From assembly GCA_045606165.1 (NCBI GenBank), contig JAZURK010000068.1, positions 1 to 32,818 of the forward strand: DNA of 32,818 nucleotides, given 5' to 3'. Positions 25,427 to 32,818 of this stretch are shown here, one piece after another (within the stretch, counting starts at the first letter, position 1; every line of letters begins with the position of its first letter). Both the position numbers and the translations under genes were made by a program. This DNA is from Christensenellaceae bacterium (GTDB taxonomy: Bacteria > Bacillota > Clostridia > Christensenellales > Borkfalkiaceae). The notes under the pieces are model-generated. The model saw only the letters and a program-made list of their open reading frames with translations, ran no database searches and was not told the DNA's origin.

Positions 25427-26640
25427 TTAATATACTCCTTAACTACTGCTATATAGTTTTCTATAACGTAGTTTACGTCTTCGTCTGTCAAACAAGTGTG
25501 AAGCGGTAGAGAAATTTCATTTTCAAATTGCTTGTAAGCATTAGGATAATCTTTAACGTCAAACCCTAAATTTTTATAAGCCGTGTGCATAGGAAGTGGC
25601 TTATAATGCACGTTGCAAGCAATACCCCTTTCCGCCATTTTTATAATTATTTCATTTCTTTGCTCTAAAGAAATATTAGGAATTCTAGTCAAGTATAAGT
25701 GCCCTGATGACTCAACTGTTTCAGTATAATGCTCAAGAGTTTTTACCCCGATAGGTCTTAAAGCGCTATCGAATTTTTCAATAATCTCTCTTCTGCGCTT
25801 TAACATTTCAGGATATCTTTCAAATTGTTTAAGCCCGATTGCCGCTGCAACGTCCGTCATATTGCATTTATAAAAAGTGCCAACTATGTCGTATTCCCAA
25901 GCCCCAAGTTTAGTTTTAGCAAGGGCGTCTTTAGATTGACCATGCAAACTTAAAAGCTGTAACTTTTTATAAATATCTTCGTTGCTAACGCCTTCTATAT
26001 TATTCCAAGTAAGAGCGCCACCTTCTGCCGTTGTAAAGTTTTTAACGGCGTGAAAACTAAAACTTGAAAAATCTGCTATTGCGCCAACCATTTTACCTTT
26101 CCACCTAGCGCCTAAAGCGTGCGCGGTGTCAGCACAAACGGCTATTCTACCAATCGCTTTTTGAATATCGTTAGAAGGATTAAATAAAGTTTTCTTTTTA
26201 TTTACAATTTCAAAAATCCTATCGTAATCACAAGGTATGCCTGCAATATCAACGCAAATTATTGCTTTAGTTTTTTCATTGATTGCTTTTTCTAAAGCGT
26301 TATAATCCATTTCTAAACAGTCAGGTTGAGAATCCACTAGCACGATTTTCGCACCGACGTGGGCAACTACCGACGCTGAAGCTGTATAAGTGTATGCTGG
26401 CACGATAACCTCGTCGCCATTACCTATACCCAAAACGTGGAGCGCCATTTCTTGGCACGCCGTTTGAGAGTTTAAACAAACACACTTTTCAACGCCTATC
26501 CAACTTGCTAAATTTTTTTCTAACTGTTTAGTTCTAGGACCAGTAGTAATCCAGCCAGAGCGCAATGCGTCAGCTACTTCTTGAATTTCAAGTTCACTGA
26601 TATCTGGTGGCGAAAATGGTATAACGCGTTTTTGTTCCAT
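25423..26640 (-). CDS. DegT-family aminotransferase, PglE/EpsN-like (UDP-4-keto-6-deoxy-HexNAc 4-aminotransferase)
   Basis: 405 aa. SSFSFHAVKNFTTAEGGAL PLP-lysine motif. Located between the CapD-type dehydratase and the small PGT, the canonical arrangement. Confidence 0.85.
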   Translation of the reverse strand: MEQKRVIPFSPPDISELEIQEVADALRSGWITTGPRTKQLEKNLASWIGVEKCVCLNSQTACQEMALHVLGIGNGDEVIVPAYTYTASASVVAHVGAKIVLVDSQPDCLEMDYNALEKAINEKTKAIICVDIAGIPCDYDRIFEIVNKKKTLFNPSNDIQKAIGRIAVCADTAHALGARWKGKMVGAIADFSSFSFHAVKNFTTAEGGALTWNNIEGVSNEDIYKKLQLLSLHGQSKDALAKTKLGAWEYDIVGTFYKCNMTDVAAAIGLKQFERYPEMLKRRREIIEKFDSALRPIGVKTLEHYTETVESSGHLYLTRIPNISLEQRNEIIIKMAERGIACNVHYKPLPMHTAYKNLGFDVKDYPNAYKQFENEISLPLHTCLTDEDVNYVIENYIAVVKEYIK

Positions 26641-26654
26641 TTCAATTCTTCCTT

Positions 26655-28718
26655 TTATTCTTTAACCGTTTTTATTTGTTGTTCGTAGGTTTCGCCTTTT
26701 TGTTCCGAACCGTGTTCCCCAGCGGGATGATACGTGGTTACAACTTTAGCAACTAATTCTTTAATTATTTCTTCGCTACCGTCGTAAGCTGCCACCATTA
26801 AATTTTCCAAATCTTTAAGGAACGTATCAATATCAAAACTAATCGGTTGACCTATATGTATAAGTTTATTAGGTGTAGTTTTTAAACCTTCTTCACTCAT
26901 AAGTTTTTCTTCGTAGAGTTTTTCGCCTGCACGAAGTCCCGTATATGAAATTTTAATATCAACGTCCGGTTGTAAACCCGATAACCTAATTAAGTTTCTT
27001 GCTAAAGTATCAATCTTGACAGGAGAGCCCATATCAAGAACGAATATTTCACCGCCGTTAGCGTAAGTACCCGCTTGTAACACAAGCGACGCAGCCTCTG
27101 GTATCGTCATAAAATACCTGATAATATCGGGGTGAGTAACGGTAACAGGCCCGCCTTTAGCAATTTGTTCTTTAAACCTAGGAATAACCGAACCGTTACT
27201 GCCAAGAACGTTTCCAAACCTTACGGCAACGAATTCCGTTTCTACGTTTGAAAGCGGAGTACCCATATTGACCATAGTGCCGTCGGTATCTTCACTATGA
27301 ACGTGAAGAGGTTTAAGTTCGTTACTCTTTCCTTCCCTTATTTTTTTATCGAAAGATTGGATAATCATTTCGCATAAACGCTTTGACGCACCCATAATAT
27401 TTGTAGGGTTAACAGCCTTATCGGTTGAAATTAAAACAAAACGTTTACATCCGTTAATCATAGCGGCATACGCCGTTTTATACGTGCCGATAGCGTTGTT
27501 TTTGATGGATTCGCAAGGGCTATCTTCCATAAGCGGGACGTGTTTATGAGCAGCAGCGTGATAAACTACGTCAGGTTTATATTTTGCAAATACTTGGTTT
27601 ATTCTTCTGCTATCCCTAACCGAGCCGATTAAAACTTCTAAATTAAGATTAGGGTTATTGTCTTTAAGTTCTAGACCGATATTGTGAGCGTTGTTTTCGT
27701 AAATATCAAAGACTATTAATTGTTTTGGGTTGTGTTTAGCAATTTGCCTACAAAGTTCGCTACCGATAGAACCGCCACCGCCCGTTACTAAAATTACCTT
27801 ACCCGAGATAAAATCGTAAATCTCGTCCATATTAACTTTTACAGTTTCTCTACCAAGCAAATCTTCAACGGCAACGTCCTTCATTGAGGCAACGGTAACG
27901 TCACCCGTAATAAACTCGTAAACGCCGGGAAGATTTTTAAGTTCGCAACCCGTTTCTTTACAAATATCTAAAATATCGCGTCGTTCTTCGCCCGTAGCGC
28001 TAGGTATAGCCAAAAAGATTTTTTCAATCTTGTATTTTTCTACGTTTAAAAGGATATCGTCTCTACCACCAACGATAGGAACGCCATCAATAAACCTACC
28101 CCACTTGTACCTATTGTCGTCAATGATACAAACTATTCTATCGTTAACGTCTTTGGCGTTGTGTAAATCGCGAAGTATCATTTGCCCAGCCGAACCACCA
28201 CCAATAAGCATAACTCTACTAGCGATATTAGAACTCATAGCCCTTTTCTTTCTTTCAAGCAACACGAATCTATACGAAAAACGAATAAGAACGGTAAGCA
28301 TGAAGTGAATAACCACGCCTACAACGTAGTAAGTTATAGGCATACGTTCAAAAAATATCGTTATAAATATCGCGTTGAACGCGCCTAAAATAACGGACGC
28401 CAAGGCGATTTTTTCAAGTTCTTTATAACTAGCGAATTTCCAAAGACTTTGGTATAAGTGTAGTACCCACATAACTATAACGGTAGCCAAAGCAAGTATC
28501 GGCGTAAAGTTAAGCCACGCGTTGAAGTAATTAGTTGGGATTTCCGTATAGTTACAGTCAAACCTAAACCAAAGCGCTAAAAAGTAAGAAATGGTAACGG
28601 CTAAAATATCGTATATAATCAAGAATACGGCAACCGTTTGCCAACGCTTAAATATTTTTGATTTTTTCTTTTCGGTTGTATTGGAATTGTTAGAATCTAA
28701 ATTCTTATCTTTTCCCAT
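26655..28718 (-). CDS. Membrane-anchored CapD/PglF/EpsC-type UDP-N-acetylglucosamine 4,6-dehydratase
   Basis: 687 aa. Four N-terminal TM spans, then two Rossmann regions (IGGGSAGQ and VTGGGGSIGSEL), HAAAHKHVPLME, ISTDKAVNPTNIMGASKR and VRFGNVLGSNGSVIP. Confidence 0.9.
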   Translation of the reverse strand: MGKDKNLDSNNSNTTEKKKSKIFKRWQTVAVFLIIYDILAVTISYFLALWFRFDCNYTEIPTNYFNAWLNFTPILALATVIVMWVLHLYQSLWKFASYKELEKIALASVILGAFNAIFITIFFERMPITYYVVGVVIHFMLTVLIRFSYRFVLLERKKRAMSSNIASRVMLIGGGSAGQMILRDLHNAKDVNDRIVCIIDDNRYKWGRFIDGVPIVGGRDDILLNVEKYKIEKIFLAIPSATGEERRDILDICKETGCELKNLPGVYEFITGDVTVASMKDVAVEDLLGRETVKVNMDEIYDFISGKVILVTGGGGSIGSELCRQIAKHNPKQLIVFDIYENNAHNIGLELKDNNPNLNLEVLIGSVRDSRRINQVFAKYKPDVVYHAAAHKHVPLMEDSPCESIKNNAIGTYKTAYAAMINGCKRFVLISTDKAVNPTNIMGASKRLCEMIIQSFDKKIREGKSNELKPLHVHSEDTDGTMVNMGTPLSNVETEFVAVRFGNVLGSNGSVIPRFKEQIAKGGPVTVTHPDIIRYFMTIPEAASLVLQAGTYANGGEIFVLDMGSPVKIDTLARNLIRLSGLQPDVDIKISYTGLRAGEKLYEEKLMSEEGLKTTPNKLIHIGQPISFDIDTFLKDLENLMVAAYDGSEEIIKELVAKVVTTYHPAGEHGSEQKGETYEQQIKTVKE

Positions 28719-28762
28719 AATTTTCTCCCCTATCTATCAACCTAGTAATATAATCGTCAATC

Positions 28763-30154
28763 TTATTTATTAAAAAAGTAAGCCATAGCGTTGTTGTAAG
28801 AAACGTCTTCAACAACCTTACCCACTAAACTTAAGTTTTGAGTAATTTGACCTTTTTCTACAAGACCGCCTAAATAATTGCAAAGAATTCTTCTAAAGTA
28901 GTGGTGTCTTGGGTAAGAAAGAAGTGAACGGCTGTCCGTAAGCATACCGATAAACGCACCGATGTGTCCTGTTGCCGTTAAATCTTCAAGGTGTTTTTCC
29001 ATACCGACCTTGTTATCTAAAAACCACCAAGCTGGGCCGTATTGCATTTTACCCTTGCAAGACGAATCTTGGAAACAACCGATAAGAGTCATAATTTCGC
29101 TATTTTGTTTTGGGTTTAAGTTGAAAAGTATAGTTTTAGGTAAAGCGTTTTCGCTATTTAACTTATCAAACAAACGCGAAGTTAAAGAAATGCTATTAGT
29201 ATCGCTAATGCTATCGTAACCGGTATCGAGACCAAGTTTTTCGAGCATCACGGCGTTATTATTTCTCATAGCGCCTAAATGAAGTTCGGTAGCAATATTG
29301 TATTTAGCGTATAACTTCATTAAGAAATAAGTTAAGTAGCCTTTAAAGATTTCCGATTCTTCTAAAGATACCGCATTGCCCTTTCTTCTTAAAGCAAATA
29401 CTTTTTCCGCCTCTTCTTTAGTAGCCACTTTGCAAGTTCTTTCTAAAGCGATGTCGCTTGCAACCGTGCCAACTTTAATAAACGCGTTAAGTCTATCTTC
29501 AATGGCTTTTTCAAGGTCTGTTAAATTTTCGATTTTAAAGGTAACGTTTTCAAGCATACCGATAAATTCGTTATACTTTTCAGCCTCGATATTCATAATC
29601 TTATCACCCCTAAACGCAGGGATAACTTTAAAGCCGTAATTTTTTTCTTTGATTTTTTCAAAAGTCGATAAATCGTCGAAAACTTCGTTAGTAGTAAAAA
29701 GACACTTAACGTTAGAGCCTTCGATTAACTTTTGCGGAGTAATATGGTTAACTTTGATAAACTCGTTACACCAATCCCAAATAAGTTCCGCGTTTTCTTC
29801 GTTGATTTCAAGCTCGCAGTTGAAAAAGTCTTTAAGTTCTACTTGCGACCAGTGATATAGCGGATTACCAAAAGCCGTACTTAAAGTTTTACAGTACGCG
29901 ATAAATTTTTCTTTGTTAGATTTATCGCCCGTAATATATTCTTCGTCAACGCCGTAATTTCTCATTAAACGCCATTTGTAATGGTCGCCTTTAAGCCAAA
30001 TTTCAAACACGTCGTTAAACTCTTGATTTTCTAAAATTTGTTTTTCAGGCAAGTGACAATGGTAGTCGAAAATAGGCATTTTTTCGGCATAGTCTTTGTA
30101 AAGTTTAATAGCAGTTTTTGATTCAAGTAAAAAATCTTCTTTAATGTAACTCAC
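28763..30154 (-). CDS. uxaC: Glucuronate (uronate) isomerase
   Basis: 463 aa. FLLESKTAIKLYKDYAEKMPIFDYHCHL...GDHYKWRLMRNYGV is the classic UxaC N-terminus. GTG start with SD AAGGAGAG. Confidence 0.9.
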   Translation of the reverse strand: MSYIKEDFLLESKTAIKLYKDYAEKMPIFDYHCHLPEKQILENQEFNDVFEIWLKGDHYKWRLMRNYGVDEEYITGDKSNKEKFIAYCKTLSTAFGNPLYHWSQVELKDFFNCELEINEENAELIWDWCNEFIKVNHITPQKLIEGSNVKCLFTTNEVFDDLSTFEKIKEKNYGFKVIPAFRGDKIMNIEAEKYNEFIGMLENVTFKIENLTDLEKAIEDRLNAFIKVGTVASDIALERTCKVATKEEAEKVFALRRKGNAVSLEESEIFKGYLTYFLMKLYAKYNIATELHLGAMRNNNAVMLEKLGLDTGYDSISDTNSISLTSRLFDKLNSENALPKTILFNLNPKQNSEIMTLIGCFQDSSCKGKMQYGPAWWFLDNKVGMEKHLEDLTATGHIGAFIGMLTDSRSLLSYPRHHYFRRILCNYLGGLVEKGQITQNLSLVGKVVEDVSYNNAMAYFFNK

Positions 30155-30166
30155 GGTATACTCTCC

Positions 30167-31042
30167 TTAAATAGTGTCGTCACGGTGTTTTCTAAACTTG
30201 CCGTATACTCCGCAAACTTCGTTATAATAAATAAATGTATTTGGATATCTTTTCGAGATATTTACAATTTCGCTAATTTGACGACGATTGATAATAGTGA
30301 ATACGACATAGTTTGCTTGATGAAGGTACATACCGTAACTATTTACTATCGTTGCCGAGTGTCCAAGTTTATCTACCAATTCTTCGTGGAGAGATTCAGG
30401 GTCGTTAGTAACGATTTTAACTTCTAACGCCTCACGGCTATCTCTCATAATAAACGAAGTAGTTTTTTCGCTAATAAAAAGTTGAACTAAACCGAGTAAG
30501 ATACAGTTAAAGTCCTTATAAACGAAATACGACACACCTATTATCGCAATACATAAGAAACTAATAATCCTTTCAACGTTTACGTAAGGGGTTTTCTTTT
30601 GCACGACGCAAGCGATAATATCAACACCGCCCGTCGACGCGTTTATCTTGAGCATTACGCCCGTTCTAACACCTAGCATAACGCCTGCGAATATCGCCGA
30701 GATTATCCTTCCGTCCGGCGCAAGGTATTGCGGAAACTGAACACCGCCCAAAAGCAAAAGCATCAGCGACGAAATAAGAGTAAATAGCATGGTAAACACA
30801 ACGTACTTTTTATCGAGTTTAAACCACGCGAATATAACTAGCGGAGCATTTAACAAAAGGTTAAAGATACCCGAGTTTATTTGCGGAAAAATTGCGTAAA
30901 GTAACGTTACTATTGCCTCAAGCCCAAGCGGAACGAATTTTGCTGGATACACGAAAACGTGAAGGGCAACCGCCGAAACTATCGACGCTAAAATTGTAAA
31001 AAGCGTTGCTAATATTATTTCTTTGATTTGTTTTTTAGTCAT
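30167..31042 (-). CDS. YitT-family membrane protein with C-terminal DUF2179 domain
   Basis: 291 aa. Five to six TM spans with GIFNLLLNAPLVIFAW and GGVDII motifs. Soluble C-terminal EALEVKIVTNDPESL...GHSATIVNSYGMY...FTIINRRQISEIVNISKRYPNTFIYYNEVCGVYGKF. Confidence 0.8.
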   Translation of the reverse strand: MTKKQIKEIILATLFTILASIVSAVALHVFVYPAKFVPLGLEAIVTLLYAIFPQINSGIFNLLLNAPLVIFAWFKLDKKYVVFTMLFTLISSLMLLLLGGVQFPQYLAPDGRIISAIFAGVMLGVRTGVMLKINASTGGVDIIACVVQKKTPYVNVERIISFLCIAIIGVSYFVYKDFNCILLGLVQLFISEKTTSFIMRDSREALEVKIVTNDPESLHEELVDKLGHSATIVNSYGMYLHQANYVVFTIINRRQISEIVNISKRYPNTFIYYNEVCGVYGKFRKHRDDTI

Positions 31043-31134
31043 AAGTTTAGTAAAAATCGGTAATGTCGCTAGCGCACCGACTCGCGCCGTTAGTAAATTT
31101 TATTAAATATATATAAATATACTTATACTAGTAT

Positions 31135-31163
31135 ATTATATCATACAATCCTCGCTTATTCAA
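31135..31163 (-). promoter_or_regulatory. SigmaA-type promoter for the yitT-uxaC-polysaccharide array
   Basis: The minus strand reads TTGAAT (31163..31158), a 17-nt spacer, then TGaTATAAT (extended -10, with TATAAT at 31140..31135). This leaves a leader of about 85 nt to the yitT ATG. Confidence 0.5.
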
Positions 31164-31212
31164 GGGGATTTTAAAAATTTATTTATAAATATATAATATT
31201 TATACATAATAG

Positions 31213-31241
31213 TTGCATTTTTTCTACGTTTTTAGTATACT
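31213..31241 (+). promoter_or_regulatory. SigmaA-type promoter for the MFS transporter gene
   Basis: TTGCAT (31213..31218), a 17-nt spacer, then TATACT (31236..31241), followed by SD AAGGAG and the ATG at 31269. Confidence 0.45.
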
Positions 31242-31268
31242 ATTCGCGTAAAATAAGGAGTTAGTTAA

Positions 31269-32516
31269 ATGCAAACCGAAACAAATTTTAAAAGAGTAAA
31301 ATCAGCGTGCTATATGACTAGTTTTTCTATGGCGTTTATTTCTATGGTTTCGCCGTTACTTTTTTTAACTTTTAAAAATCTTTATAACGTATCCTTTTCA
31401 CTTTTAGGACTTCTAGTTTTAATAAACTTTGTAACTCAACTTACGGTAGATTTATTGTTTTCGTTTTTTTCACATAAAATCAATTCGATAAAAATGGTAA
31501 AACTAATGCCGTTTTTAACCGCAATAGGATTTTTTATTTACGCGATGGTGCCATTTTTTACCAAAGATTACGTTTATATAGGCTTGCTTATAGGTACGAT
31601 ATTCTTTTCCGCATCGGGCGGGCTTGGCGAAGTTTTAATGAGCCCAATTATAGCATCTATTCCATCAAAAACCACGGATAGAGATTTAAGCAAACTGCAC
31701 TCCTTCTACGCGTGGGGAACGGTGGTTGTAGTTTTAACTTTAACGCTATTTTTGTTTGTTTTTAAACAAACAAGTTGGCAAATTTACGTGCTTATAAGTA
31801 TTATTTTCCCACTTATTACAGGCTATTTATTTTTAACTTCAACTTTTCCTACTTTACCTATTTCTTCACCAGAAAAAGCAAGTGAAAACGTCTTTAAAAA
31901 TAAGTGGTTTTGGCTTTGTTTTGTAACTATATTTTTAGGCGGAGCAACGGAATGTTCTATATCGCAATGGGCCTCAAGTTATATAGAATTAGTTGCCGAT
32001 ATTCCTAAAATTTGGGGAGATATTTTAGGCGTTGCGCTTTTTTCGGTAATGCTTGCTTTAGGGCGTAGTTTGTATGCAAAATACGGTAAAAATATGATAA
32101 ATTTACTGTTTATTATGGCAATCGGTAGTGCTTGTTGTTATTTGATTTGCGCGTTATCTCCTTTACCTATATTAAGCGTAATTGCTTGCGCGTTATCGGG
32201 TTTATTTTCATCAATGTTGTGGCCTGGAACTTTAATAATTAGCACCGACAAACTCCCCAAAGGTGGCGTAATGATTTTTGCACTTCTTGCCGCAGGCGGA
32301 GATTTAGGCGCGTCGGTTGGGCCTCAACTTATTGGCAGTATAACGGATATAATAATAGCGTCTGAAACTTTCGTACCGTTAGCGCAAACACTAAAAATGT
32401 CGATAGACCAACTTGGTTTAAGAATTGGATTATTAACCGTTTCTATCCTCCCTTTAGTTTTAATATTAACGTCGTTTTTAATAAAAAAACATCACCAAAA
32501 AGAACTTAAAAATTAA
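31269..32516 (+). CDS. MFS-type transporter (substrate unknown)
   Basis: 415 aa with about 12 hydrophobic spans in a 6+6 layout around a central loop (SSPEKASENVFKNK). Strong SD AAGGAG. Followed by a terminator. Confidence 0.65.
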   Translation: MQTETNFKRVKSACYMTSFSMAFISMVSPLLFLTFKNLYNVSFSLLGLLVLINFVTQLTVDLLFSFFSHKINSIKMVKLMPFLTAIGFFIYAMVPFFTKDYVYIGLLIGTIFFSASGGLGEVLMSPIIASIPSKTTDRDLSKLHSFYAWGTVVVVLTLTLFLFVFKQTSWQIYVLISIIFPLITGYLFLTSTFPTLPISSPEKASENVFKNKWFWLCFVTIFLGGATECSISQWASSYIELVADIPKIWGDILGVALFSVMLALGRSLYAKYGKNMINLLFIMAIGSACCYLICALSPLPILSVIACALSGLFSSMLWPGTLIISTDKLPKGGVMIFALLAAGGDLGASVGPQLIGSITDIIIASETFVPLAQTLKMSIDQLGLRIGLLTVSILPLVLILTSFLIKKHHQKELKN

Positions 32517-32522
32517 ACAAAA

Positions 32523-32558
32523 AGAGCAAACACGAAACTGTGTTTGCTCTTTAATTTT
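32523..32558. terminator. Bidirectional Rho-independent terminator
   Basis: Perfect 11-bp stem AGAGCAAACAC (32523..32533) pairing with GTGTTTGCTCT (32540..32550), and a 6-nt loop. Flanked by an A-run upstream and a T-rich tract (TTAATTTT) downstream. Lies between the convergent MFS gene and the malic-enzyme remnant. Confidence 0.7.
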
Positions 32559-32575
32559 GTAATTTTAAACTTGTC

Positions 32576-32707
32576 TTACTTTCTTGCTACGCCCGGTGTG
32601 TATGCAAGCGATAAGTCTTCTTTAGTTTTTACAGGTACTCTAGATACCATTTCTACCTTGCCTTTTCTTTCAAAGTGCATTTTAAGTGATTCTTTAGCGT
32701 AATCCAT
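32576..32707 (-). pseudogene. 5' remnant (43 codons) of an NAD(P)-dependent malic enzyme gene
   Basis: Manual translation gives MDYAKESLKMHFERKGKVEMVSRVPVKTKEDLSLAYTPGVARK-stop, with SD AAGAGG 7 nt upstream. This matches the conserved malic-enzyme N-terminus (for example the B. subtilis YtsJ-type ...GK-x-E...V-x-x-x-DLSLAYSPGVAEPC) up to the VA residues and then terminates. Nothing resembling the rest of the enzyme follows. Below the 60-aa cutoff of the ORF track. Confidence 0.6.
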
Positions 32708-32802
32708 GAATATTACCTCTTTATATATAAAAAAATTATTTCGAAAATTATGAATTTTACCGTTATTAATAGGCGAGTTTTATAAAAACCCCCTTCTCCC
32801 CC

Positions 32803-32811
32803 ATTATAACA
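32803..32811 (-). promoter_or_regulatory. Possible extended -10 element (TGTTATAAT) upstream of the malic-enzyme remnant
   Basis: The minus strand reads TGTTATAAT about 95 nt upstream of the remnant ATG. The -35 region would lie beyond the window end, so it cannot be evaluated. Confidence 0.3.
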
Positions 32812-32818
32812 TTTAACC

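Noticed and set aside
28719-28762. Internal promoter between uxaC and the CapD-type dehydratase (TTGACG on the minus strand)
   Set aside because: The hexamer 17 nt downstream (ATAGAT/TAGATA) matches the -10 consensus poorly, and alternative -10 candidates have wrong spacing. It cannot be supported from sequence alone.
2957-29855. All other plus-strand track ORFs inside the minus-strand array (for example 2957..3202, 4323..4700, 5579..5806, 7517..7711, 10265..10519, 12123..12425, 12732..12956, 17282..17470, 21572..21904, 23025..23228, 25046..25264, 28030..28388, 28962..29855)
   Set aside because: Each is antisense to a well-supported CDS. None has a recognisable motif or a convincing ribosome-binding site. 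Their lengths are what AT-rich antisense frames are expected to yield.
31043-31268. Invertible (phase-variable) promoter of the kind that controls Bacteroides capsule loci
   Set aside because: I could find no pair of substantial inverted repeats bracketing the promoter. Only short AT-rich palindromes and low-complexity TATAAATATA-type repeats are present, and the window encodes no site-specific recombinase.
1-32818. Defence systems, prophage or mobile elements, CRISPR arrays, tRNA/rRNA genes
   Set aside because: No nuclease, helicase, methylase, integrase or transposase-like proteins appear in any frame. No regularly spaced direct repeats were seen, and no cloverleaf-like or rRNA-like GC-rich segments. 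Apart from the right flank, the window is saturated with glycan-biosynthesis CDSs.

Overview
AT-rich window whose proteins and Shine-Dalgarno usage look like a low-GC Firmicute or Clostridia (organism not identifiable from sequence alone). About 31 kb (1..31042) is one co-directional minus-strand gene array of 27 tightly packed or overlapping CDSs. It forms a Wzx/Wzy-dependent polysaccharide (capsule, EPS or O-antigen-like) biosynthesis locus. Read in transcription order (right to left), a strong sigmaA-like promoter at 31135..31163 is followed by a YitT-family membrane protein and glucuronate isomerase (uxaC). Next comes an initiation module resembling PglF/PglE/PglC: a CapD-type 4,6-dehydratase, a DegT aminotransferase and a small phosphoglycosyl transferase. 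Seven further glycosyltransferases, Wzy and a hexapeptide acetyltransferase follow, interspersed with a WbpP/TviC-like 4-epimerase and several unusual tailoring genes. These are a GlmU-like nucleotidyltransferase fused to a GHMP sugar kinase, a YdjC deacetylase paired with a Cys-less asparagine-synthetase-like enzyme, and a terminal cassette. The cassette contains a Wzx flippase fused to a GNAT, two ATP-grasp ligases, a binding-protein-less TRAP DctM-type permease with a small membrane protein, a second DegT aminotransferase, rfbA and rfbB. rfbC and rfbD are absent. A partial nucleotidyltransferase-family gene runs off the left edge. The right flank carries a divergent MFS transporter, a bidirectional terminator, and a 43-codon remnant of a malic-enzyme gene that marks a rearrangement or insertion scar. 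No tRNA, rRNA, CRISPR, transposase, integrase or recognisable defence genes were seen. The most interesting candidate is the terminal cassette at 646..9646. It looks like an undescribed, possibly import-coupled, ATP-grasp-dependent acylation route for a 4-amino-6-deoxyhexose. All functional calls come from motif recognition by eye and need HMM or structure confirmation.
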